From the human T2T-CHM13v2.0 reference genome, Homo sapiens: 64,000 nt of DNA. Below the pieces are notes generated by a model. It was not told the origin of the DNA. It ran no database searches and saw only the letters and a list, made by a program, of their open reading frames with translations. Positions 53,749 through 64,000 of this stretch are shown here, piece by piece. The stretch's first letter is position 1, and every line of letters starts with the position of its first letter. Made by a program: the position numbers and the translations under genes. Location of the stretch: assembly GCF_009914755.1 (NCBI RefSeq), contig NC_060927.1. One strand, written 5' to 3'.

Positions 53749-53812
53749 TAGTAAACTAGACATAAACAGAATGTGGTGTTTAGTAAACTAGGCATAAACA
53801 GAATGTGGTGTT
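53749..53812. repeat. 32-bp tandem duplication
   Basis: TAGTAAACTAG(A/G)CATAAACAGAATGTGGTGTT x2, 1 mismatch. Confidence 0.95.
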
Positions 53813-54819
53813 TTTATATCTTTGGTGAGCAAAAAGCATCTGAATTCTTTTCTTCTTTATTCTGTACTTTTAGGAAAAAGAAATGCACCCTTTACTTAAA
53901 TTCTACACCATCCCTATTTTGTGCTTTGGTTTAAATAACTGGCTAAGCCATTGAAATAAATGCCATTTTATTGAATGGGGAAAATGTAGATTGATTCCAT
54001 TTATATAAATAATAAATTCTCTGAACACATAAAATATTTCTTGAGCTGCATTAGTGCACATTTGCATTTCTCTTTAATATGAAACAGCTGTTGTATTTTT
54101 CATTTTATGATGTTTTAAAGAGAACGAAAGAATTGAGAACAAACATGAATCACACATGCCCACTACGTTTCATTAAAGACAATATTATATTAATTCCCAT
54201 TGCTCCTGAGTCTGGTGGAGAACAGAAACTTGCTTCATTTTTAAAACCCTGAAAGTTAACATAGAAACTTTAGTAAGCATTTAAATTATCAACTTGAAAT
54301 GAGAAAGGGAGTCGGCTCTGATATGCATCAGCTTAACTGCACCACTCTGGATTTAGGAGCCGGCAAAGTATAGAATTTACTTACATAAATCAAATCATTC
54401 TGGTGAAAGGTAGCCATGTAAATCCCCATTTCTCACCTGGCATTCTCATTTGGGTAGAAGAATTGATTCTCTTAGCAATGGAATAAGCTGCCCTCCTTGT
54501 CCTTTTGCTAACATAGTTTCTTTATAGTTATGCAAACTAAATTTCAGTCATCTTCCTTATCGTGGCCTTGGGAAATAAAAATCTGGCTGGTTAAATATGG
54601 CTGATGGTTTTCATTATAGTTTGATAGCCTACATTCTATATGTATAACAATAACTGAAACTAGATTTTTTTTCTGACATGCCTGAGCTGAAAATCAAATG
54701 AGTTTTCAGTCACTGTGGACTCATGACTTCATGTTTTTGATAGGATTCTGAGAGCACACTCTAAGAAGACCCTTTTGTCCTCTTTTCTGCCTCCCCTCTC
54801 TCTTGATTCTATGCTTTGG

Positions 54820-55040
54820 CACTATGGCCTAGTGGAATCAAACCATTGTGTTTCAGAGTCAGGTCTATGTAGTTCAGAGCTTTGACTCTCCCTCTAAACT
54901 AGCTTGTGGATTTTGGCAAGCTAAATGAACTCTGAGCTCCAGGTTCTTGATTTTGTAAATGAGAATACTAATTGTTGTCTCCCAAGATTGTTATAAGGGT
55001 TAAAAGAGACAATCTGAGTAACAGTCCCTGCCATTGGGGC
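54820..55040 (+). mobile_element. MIR
   Basis: CTAGCTTGTGGATTTTGGCAAGCTAAATGAACTCTGAGC...GTAAATGAGAATA. Confidence 0.65.
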
Positions 55041-55739
55041 CCAGGACCCAGTAGGATTTGCCAGATGGTCACCTCTTTCTTTCTCCCTTTCCCTTCTCCT
55101 CACTTCCTAGCTCAAGGAGACAGTGGCTTGGCAGTTGTCAAGGACTGTCTCAGCTACAGGCTAAGAGTGGCTCCTACGGTTTGTAAAGTGTCATGAGAAA
55201 GCTTCCCACAGAGGACATGAGTCATTACCACTGTGGACATGACAGCAACCCTGTGTGTGTTGAAATGTCAACCCCAGGCTCAGCACGACATATTATGTTG
55301 TGAAGGTAAATCACAAATGGCAGCCTGGAAGCAGGGGGATTCCAAAGTTCTCCAGAAATACTTAAGAGTAAGGCACTGCCCCAGACTCAGACTAGAGTCT
55401 CTCAGACCCCTTTAGAGCCCCCAGGAGTGGGATCTGGAAAGCCCTGTGACTGGAAACTGAATAAGGCAGCAGAAATCTACCAGGCTAGGATGTGGCCATA
55501 GTCAAAACCAGAATAGTCAGAGTTCACAGAATCAAGAATATATGCCAGGATTCAATGGCTGAAAATATATTTTTCATTCTTATAAACAACTGTACAGTGC
55601 AGGGAGAACTTCCACATTTATCACTGTGAATTTCACAACTCCTATGCAGTGAGGATGATTTGCCTAATTTTATCAGTATGGAAAGATAAGCTCATTGAGA
55701 TGAAACCTCTGTATAACTCCACCTCTTTCTGTAGTGGGA

Positions 55740-56620
55740 GGTAGTATGTAGAAATTACACATGTCAACTCTAGAGTCAGACACCTTGGCTCAAATCCAAG
55801 CCCTGGCACTTCCTTGCTGAGTGTCCTTGGACACATTAGTTATGTAACTTGCTTGAAATTCAATCTCCTCAGGTGAAAAATGGGAATCACTTTTTAGGGT
55901 TGCTCTAAAGAGTCAATGAGGTAATGGGCTATTTGTTCAAGCCAAACCTAGGAACCTTTCTTTTCTCTCAAACTCTTCATTCTTTCTCCTTCCCATGCCC
56001 CAACCCTGCTCCTCTTCTAGCCTTTCTCCCCTCAACAGAGGGTAACCTATCCACCCATTCATTGTTCAAGTCAGTAACTAGATGTCATCCTTAATTCCAC
56101 TTTCTACCCCATTGTCCTCCCTACCCTCCTTTCCAATCCAGAAGTCTGTCAGCTCTGTCTCCAAAATACTTCATGAATCTGTCTGCTGGTCTCCATTCAT
56201 ACATTCAAATCTGATAGCCTCTGACTGTGCAACTACAGCAGCCTTTGCTTTTACTCATGACCCTTATAATCTATTCTCCACATTACAGCCAAAGCAACCT
56301 TTTGGAAATATAAATCATACCTTGAGACTCTAGTGCTTAAAAATCTTGCAGCGGTTTCCTGCTGCATCTAGACTAGAATCCAAACTCCCTTCATGGCTGC
56401 TGCTCACCAGTCAGAGCCCATCTCCTACCATTTCTCCTCTTGTTTCCCACAACCCCATCAAACTTGTCATTGCAGAGCTTTTTGAATGTGCTGCCAGCTG
56501 TGGTTGGAATGTTCTTCCTCTCATCTTTTGGAATTTAGAGTCTGAAAGCAAATATACGACCTAAAGATTCCTTTCCTGAGCTCCCTATCTAAAGTAGACT
56601 CCTATCCTAGTAATTGTAAA
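55740..56620 (+). mobile_element. MIR followed by an L2 fragment
   Basis: CTAGAGTCAGACACCTTGGCTCAAATCC...; L2 TAATCTATTCTCCACATTACAGCCAAAG. Confidence 0.6.
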
Positions 56621-58675
56621 ATCACCAAAAAAAGAGATTTTTGTTTATTTAATTAAAATTAAATAAAATGAAACTCAACTTTCTCTATCTTCTCATACAA
56701 CCTTCTTTGCTCCTGTATGAAACATGTCATTTTCTACATTGATTGGTTGTGTCAGAATGACTGTTTTCAAATGATGCTATGTAGAGCCCAAGGGGTCCCT
56801 GGGTGTAATTCAGGGCCCGAAAGTTCTGGGGCTTGAGATGCTAAATTAGCTGGAACCCAGGACTTTGACCTTGACTTCAACTGGAAAAGCTGCATTTTTG
56901 TCTGTTTTACTTGGTGAGGTTCTATATGAGATTACTTTTGTTACAAGTTTGAAAACCACTGGTCCTTTTACTCCTGTTAAATTTTCTGCTCAGACCTCTT
57001 GATGATAGGATTTATCTCTGCTTCATTTTCTCATCTCCACCCTGCCTGGTCCAGCAGTACAAACTCAAGCAGTTCTGGTTGGTTGAATGAAGGAGTCAAG
57101 ACCTAGGGAATAGGGCCTAGGGCCTAATGCAGCTCCACTCCACAGCCCTATGCACAATTATTGAGCCTCTTTGCAATCAAATTTTTGGCCAGTCAGGGAG
57201 TAGAGGTTTTTCCCAACATCCTCATCACTGTCAGTGTTAGCATACATGTATACAGTTTATGCCATTTTCTGCCCTGTGAATTATTTTCTCTGTAACAATT
57301 ATTTGGGTTTTGATTTATGGTTTGCTTTCCCTTTTCTGATCTGTTTACACCTCCTAATAACTTTCCATTCATCCAGTTTTCCCTCCAGGGAGTTTAACCA
57401 GATTGGCCAATTAGCACTTCCCTTTTAACAAACGGATAAATATTTCACTCTACTCAAGTATGGAGGACACCTTGCAGTGATGAGATAAATCAGAACTTCC
57501 CTATAGATTTTCTTTACCTAGAGTGAGTGCATCACTTGAAGCAATTACATCAATAATAATAATGCACACACGGGCACATATTTCATGGTTATACCTCCAC
57601 TGGGAGCTTTGATTTCTCCTTGGAGTCAAGGACTGTGGAATCCCATGAGATTTCTCAATTTGCTTGGAGGTTAGATGGGATATGTAGTTTAATATTATAA
57701 TATATGATGAATGTTAGTGCTAAGTGAGTTTAGATAAAATGTATTATGTCTAATATATTTCCATACCTCCCCCATAAGGTCAGTAGAGTTATATATTATC
57801 ATATATCCTAAAAGACTGAATTTGATTTACCATCTTTCCACATCCCAGATGGTCCTTACCTTCTGCTAATTAGCTACTCAAATAAATTGGGTGACAATTC
57901 TAAGAAAGCACAATTGATATATTAAAGTGTTAGTTTATTTTAAATAATGAGTATCATTTTATGCCTTAGCTCTTTTATTTATAGAGTTTCTTGCTATATC
58001 TCTCAATGAATTAGTGGTTTTGCTGGAATACTAAATTGTCCTTGTTTAACTGAGGAACAATAATCAAGTTGGCTTTTGATGCACTGGTAATTTATAGCTG
58101 TGCAGGTGACGATACCAGCATCAATCTGTGATGTTCTTTTATCAAGACTAATTCCAATGTAATATTTCAATTTAGTTTTCACTAAAGCATTCAATTTGCA
58201 TTTAAAAGGCAGTCAATATAGGTTAATAAAATGGTGTCAACTAATAAGCTATTCTGCTTGTATAACACTGCCCTTCTCACCATGAATTGTCTTGGACTGA
58301 CATCCCACTACCCTGGGTGCCAGCCAAAAAGACATCTGAATGCCTACTAGTGCCATTTACCCAGGGATGCTAAATATGGGTGGATTGAATGGCAGTCTGC
58401 TATTGTTTTTCTGTCTATGCCAAGGTAGCTGGGTGTGTGGGGAACACAAAACCGAATTAAGACACATTATATAACCTAGTGGGAAAATAGCTGGTAACAG
58501 TACAAGGGAGGGAAATAATTACTCTCCTGCAAGTCCATACAAGATGTGAGAAGAATGCAGAAAAAGGACAGCTTTGTTTTTCTTGGGCTTGGGAAAGGCT
58601 TTACAGATGGCATGGCCTTGGAACAAGACTAAAGAATGGTGATGGCCGAGGATTGTAGAAGAGCATTTGGGGCAG

Positions 58676-59241
58676 CATATTGGTTTTCTATGGCTGCTGT
58701 AACAAAAGACCAGCAACTCAGAGGTTTAAAACCATGCCCACTTATTATCTCAGTTTCCATGGGTCTAAAGTCTAGCACAGCCAGCATGACTCAGTTGATT
58801 TTTGCTTAGGTTCTCACAAGGATACAATTTAGGTGTCTAGAGCTCTGGGGAAGAATCCACTTTTGAGGCCATTCAGGTCACTGTCAGAATTCAGTTCCTG
58901 TGGTTGCATGGCTGAGGTCCCAATTTCCTTGCTGGCTGTGAGCCAGGAGCATCTCTCACCTCCTTACAACTGCCTGCATTCCTCAGCCCATTATCTTTTC
59001 CATCTGGAGTCTCTTCTCTGCCTTCTCCTTCTACTGAATCTCTCTAACTCCAGTGGAAGAAAGATCTCTGCTTTAAAGGGTTCATGTGATTAGATTGGGT
59101 CTACCGAGATAATTCAGAAAAATCTCTTTCTCTTAAAGTCTATAACCTAAATTATATTTGCAAAAGACTGTTATTGTAACATATTGGCAGCTTCCAGGGA
59201 CTGGGGCCTGGACATATTTGGAGGCCATTCTGCCTACCACA
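58676..59241 (-). mobile_element. MLT1D/E-like LTR
   Basis: TTTTCTATGGCTGCTGTAACAAA...GCTTTAAAGGGTTCATGTGATTAGATTGGG...GGCCATTCTGCCTACCACA. Confidence 0.82.
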
Positions 59242-60649
59242 GTGAGCGAGAAGAGTTCAGGATCTCTTCATAGCAGTGGTAAGGAGTCAGATATGTACAG
59301 AGGGTTGGGACAGGAAATGGAGGTGAGGAGGCAAAATTGATCACTCCTTTTTATGCATACTCATGACACTTTGCTGACTCTACTAAGAGTAAACTCAGAT
59401 TATATGGGGTTCTTTTTCCATTTGCCCCTGAGGCCAGGAACCTAATTTTATTCCATTTTGTACCCCAGTGCTAGAATTCTACTTTCCCTTCTAATAGGTA
59501 ACTGGTAAGTATTTTTCAAATTGAGTTGAAGAAAAGTGATGGCAATTGATGACAACAAAATATCATTTCTTAGGCTGGGGAGTAAATATCTAAATGAGGA
59601 TGGTCAGACAGAGGTGGTAGCAGAGATTATTTTAGAAGGGGTCTTACGACACGACTGGAATCACTTCATGGAATGGACTTCGTATTTCTCTGTCATGCTT
59701 ACTGCCTATGCTCTTGGATCATGCACTACCTTGAAGATTTCTGTCTTTGAAGTTACTGCTGTACTTGATTTTGGTATTTTTAGACTGGTACATTACTTTC
59801 CCGGCTTCTCAGCAATCCACAGCCCCTCCACACTGAAAAGGGTTCCTCATGTTTTGACTAAAGGTAGCCTGCCTTCAGTTGACCATCTATGAGCTGTTCA
59901 GTTAACTTGTTGGGTTCCACAGGACTAAGATCTAATGACATCAGTACTTGGGGTTTAATAGAGAAGCTATGCCTTGGAAGTCAATTGCTGTGGATTGTGA
60001 TTCGTCTACTTCACATAACTCCTTTGAGACTCAGTATCCTTATCTATAAAATGGGGCTATGGCATCTAACAGATAGTCACACAGATGAAATGAGACCACA
60101 TAGTTAAGTGCTTAGTACTTAATCATTAATTAAATTAATTGTAAATAAATGTGATTTCTCAACTCGTCCTCAAAATGATTGTAGTCCATAAATTGATTAT
60201 AGTCCTCAAAATGAGTGTAGTTCATAGTAGCCAATTAAATTAAATTAAATTAATTAATAATGACCACACTGGTGTAATTTACACATGAAATACCTACAAT
60301 ATTAACAGAAAAAGTGGCAATTCGTGTCCTAGTGATAGGATACCCATTTCCCCTGCCCCCCAGTTGGTCCCTCCATTTTCCTACTCTGCCTCTCTCATTG
60401 GATAGGTGCCTCTGTTTCTGTGCTAGAAAAGCATGGGACAGATTCAGAGTCAGGGTTCCTCTAATAACCTGAGGGATTCTCCATGTCAGCCTGAAGAGAT
60501 ATCTCTCTCTCTCTCCTTGAGGACTTGTTTTACTTTGTGTTCAGTAGCTTATTATGTGCTGTCTGTGACACATCATTTCTTCTTTTTTTAGGTGTTTACA
60601 TCTTATTTCTCAAACTATTTTATGAGCATCTAGTCACTCATTCCAACAT

Positions 60650-62169
60650 ATTTCTTTTTATTTTTATTTTAGTTTCAGGGGCACATGTGCAGGTTTGTTA
60701 TGTGGGTAAACTCTGTCATGGGAATTTGATGTGCAGATTATTTTATCACTTAGGTAATAAGCATAGTACCTGATAGGTAGTTTTTCTATTCTTATACTCT
60801 TCCCACCTTGCACCCTCTATTAGGCCCTAGTGGTTTTTATTATCTTCTTTGTGTCCATATGTACTCAAAGGTTAGCTCCCACTTACAAGTGAGAACATGT
60901 GGTATTAGGGTTTCTGTTCTTAGGTTAGTTTGCTTAGGATAATGGCCTCCAGCTGCATACACGTTGCTGCAAAGGACATTATCTCATTATTTTTTATGGA
61001 TACATAGTGTTGCATTGTGTATATGAATCTTTTTTTTTTTAATTCAGTCTACTGTTGATGGGCATTTAGATTGATTCCATGACTTTGCTATTGTGAATAG
61101 TGCCATGATGAACATATATGTGCATGTGTCTTTATGGTAGAATGATTTATATTCCTTTGGATACATACCCGATAATGGGGTTACTGGGTCAAATAGTAAT
61201 TCTTTTTTAAGTTCTTTGTGAAATTGCCAAATTGCCTTCCACAATGGCTGAACTGATTTACATTCCTACCAACAGTGTACTTGTTCCCTTTTCTCCACAA
61301 CCTCACCAACATCTGTTATTATTTGCCTCTTTAATAATAGCCATTCTCACTAGTGTGAGAGGGTATCTTGCCGTGGTTTTGATTTGCATTTTTCTAATGA
61401 TTAGTGATGTTGTGCATTTTTTTATATGCTTGTTGGCCATGTGTATGTCTTCTTTTGAAAAGTGCCTGTTCATGTTCATTGCCCACTTTTTAGTGGGGTT
61501 GTTTTTTGATTGTAAATTTGTTTAAGTTCCTTACAGATGTTGGATATTAGAACTTTGTCAGATGCAGAGTTTGTAAATAGATGTTGGATATTAGACCTTT
61601 GTCAGGTGCAGAGTTTGCAAATATTTTCTCCCATTATGTAGGTTGTTTGTTTACTCTGTTGATAGTTTTCTTTTGCTGTGCAGAAGCTCTTTAACTTAAT
61701 GAGGTCTCATTTGTCAATTGTTGTTTTTGTTGAAATTGCTTTTGGTGTCCTCATCATGAAATCTTTGCCAGGTCCCATCTCTAGAATGGTATTTCCTAGA
61801 TCATCTTCTAAGATTTTTATAATTTTAGGTTTCACATTTAAGTCCTTAATCCATCTTGATCTGATTTTTGTATATGGTATAAGAAGGGGGTCCAGTTTCA
61901 ATCTTCTGCATACGGCTGGCCAGTTATCGCAGCACCATTTATTGAATAGGGAGTCCTTTTCCCATTGCTTGTTCGTGTCAACTTTGTCAAAGATCAGATG
62001 GTTGTAGGTGTACAACATTATTTCTGGGCCCATTATTCTGTTCCATTGGTCTGTGTGTCTGTTTTTGTGCTAGTGCCATGCTGTTCTGGTTACTGTAGCT
62101 CTGTAGTATAGTGTGAAGTTGGGTCATGTGATACTTCCAGCTTGTTCTTTTTGCTTAGGATTTCCTTGG
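60650..62169 (-). mobile_element. Older primate L1PA (about PA13-16): 3' UTR and ORF2 C-terminal remnant
   Basis: ACATGTGCAGGTTTGTTA, GCTCCCACTTACAAGTGAGAACATG; ORF-track peptides [25 protein letters not shown]...LDP...[13 protein letters not shown] and YPKEYKSFYHKDTCT..F..ALFTIAK match L1 ORF2p. Confidence 0.95.
61535..61622. repeat. 44-bp tandem duplication inside L1
   Basis: AGATGTTGGATATTAGA(A/C)CTTTGTCAG(A/G)TGCAGAGTTTG(T/C)AAAT x2. Confidence 0.93.
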
Positions 62170-62541
62170 TGTATTAGTCTATTTTCATGTTGCTGATAAA
62201 CACACACCCAAGACTGGGCAATTTACAAGAAAAAAAAAAAGGAGGTTTATTGGACTTACAGTTCCACGTAGCTGGGGAGGCCTCACAATCATGGCAGAAG
62301 GTGAGGAGGAGCAGGTCACATCTTACATTGATGGCAGCAGGCAAAAGACAGCTTGTGCAGGGAAACTCCCATTTTTAAAACCATCAGATCTTGGTAGACC
62401 CATTCACTATCATGAGACCAGCATGAGAAACACCTGCCCCCATGATTCAATCATCTTTCACTGGCTCTCTCCCACAACACCTGGGAATTATGGGAACTAC
62501 AAGATGAAATTTGGGTGGGGACACAGAGCCAAACCATATCA
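62170..62541 (-). mobile_element. THE1A/B LTR (3' LTR of a provirus-like element)
   Basis: TGTATTAGTC...GCTTGTGCAGGGAAACTCCC...ACACAGAGCCAAACCATATCA. Confidence 0.93.
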
Positions 62542-63985
62542 TTCCCCCACCTAGCCCCGCTCAAGTCTCATATCTTCACATTTTAAAAACAATCATGCCT
62601 TCCCAACAGTCCCCCAAAGTCTTAACTCAGTTCAGCATTAACTCAAAAGTCCACGGTCCAAAGTCTCGTCTGAGGCAGCCAAGTCCCTTCTGCCCATATG
62701 CCTGTAAAATCAAAAGCAAGTTAGTTACTTCCTAGATACAATGGGGATACAGGCATTGGGTAAATATAGCCATTTCAAATGGGAGAAATTGGCCAAAGCA
62801 AAGGGACTACAGGCCCCACGTAAGTCCAAAATCCAGCAGGGGAGTCAAATCTTAAAGCTCCAAAATGATCTCCTTTGGCTCCATGTCTCACATTTAGGTC
62901 ACATTGATGCAAGAGGTGGGTTCCAATGGTCTTGGGAAGCTCCACCCCTGTGGCTCTGCAGGGTATAACCTGTCTCCTGGCTGCTTTCACAGGCTGGTGT
63001 TGAATGGCTGCAGCTTTTCCAGGCACATGGTGCAAGCTGTCAGTGGATCTACCATTCTGGTGTCTGGAGGATGGTGGCCCTCTTTTCACAGCTCCATTAG
63101 GTGGTGCCCCAGTAGGGACTATGTGGGGGGACTTCAACCCCGCATTTCCCTTCCACACTGTGCTAGCAGAGGTTCTCTGTGAGGACCCTGACCCTGTAGC
63201 AAACTTCTGCCTAGACATCAGACATTTCCATACATCCTCTGAAATCAAGGCGGAGGTTCCCAAACCTCAATTCTTGACTTCTGTGCACCTGCAGGCTCAA
63301 TACCACGTGGAAGCTGCCAAGGCTTGGGGCTTGCACCCTCTGAAGCCACAGCCTGAGCTGTACCTTGGCCCCTTTTAATCATGGCTGGAGTGGCTGTAAT
63401 GCAGGGCACCAGGTCCCTAGACTGCATACAGCATGGGAACCCTGGGCCTGGCCCACAAAACCATTTTTTCTTCCCAGGCCTCTGGGCCTGTGATGGGAGG
63501 GGCTGCCATGAAGACCTCTGACATGCCCTGGAGACATTTTTTCCATTGTCTTAGGGATTAACATTCGGCCACTTGTTACTTATGCAATTTTCTGCAGCAG
63601 GCTTGAATTTCTCCTCAGAAAATGGGTTTTTCTTTTCTACCACAGTGTCAGGCTGCAAATTTTCCAAACTTTATGCTCGCTTCTCTCATAAAATTGAATG
63701 CCTTTAACAGCACCCAAGTCACCTCTTGAAAGCTTTGCTGCTTAGAAATTACTTCTGCCCGATACCCTAAACCATCTCTCCAAAGTTCAAAGTTCCACAC
63801 ATCTCTAGGGCAGGGGCAAAATTCCACCAGTCTCTTTGTTAAAACATAACAAGAGTCACCTTTGTTCCAGTTCCCAACAAGTTCCTCATTTCCATCTGAG
63901 ACCACCTCAGTCTGGACTTTATTGTCCATATCGTTATCAACATTTTGGGCAAAGCCATTCCACAAGTCTCTAGGTACTGGTGCCA
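62542..63985 (-). mobile_element. THE1 internal region (THE1-int)
   Basis: CCCAACAGTCCCCCAAAGTCTTAACTCA, CCTGTAAAATCAAAAGCAAGTTAGTTACTTCCTAGATACAATGGGG, GCTGTCAGTGGATCTACCATTCTGG. Confidence 0.92.
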
Positions 63986-64000
63986 TAACCCTAGCGGAGC

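Noticed and set aside
53749-53812. 32-bp repeats as a CRISPR-like array
   Set aside because: Only two abutting copies, no spacers, eukaryotic context
59536-59892. 118-aa ORF in unique sequence
   Set aside because: No recognised family, no convincing splice or promoter context; length within chance range
61044-62033. ORFs with real protein similarity
   Set aside because: Fragments of L1 ORF2p broken by stops and frameshifts, including a 44-bp duplication; dead element
62775-63986. Several 90-160 aa ORFs
   Set aside because: Frames within the degenerate THE1 internal sequence, not host genes

Overview
Non-coding primate genomic DNA (Alu J/S/Y, THE1 and L1PA elements point to a catarrhine, probably human or ape), intronic or intergenic, AT-rich and CpG-depleted. 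I see no credible protein-coding gene, RNA gene, CpG island or CRISPR-like array. The listed ORFs are short chance frames or lie inside repeats; only L1 ORF2 remnants near 61-62 kb are real (dead) coding fragments. Much of the window is transposon-derived: Alus, L1, L2, MIR, L3/CR1, MaLR and ERVL LTRs, hAT and Tigger elements, often nested. The most unusual structure is at 39.8-41.2 kb. A ~490-bp complex templated insertion sits in an (AT)n tract and is built from an inverted copy plus a direct copy of a neighbouring 371-bp segment. It creates a 111-bp near-perfect hairpin, a ~300-bp long-range inverted repeat and a ~180-bp direct repeat. Several transposon-poor, homeobox-motif-rich blocks (about 25, 43.8, 52-54.7 and 57-58 kb) may be developmental enhancers. 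I found no evidence of a new multi-gene system. Repeat subfamily names come from recalled consensus sequences and need RepeatMasker/Dfam confirmation; boundaries of old elements are approximate.
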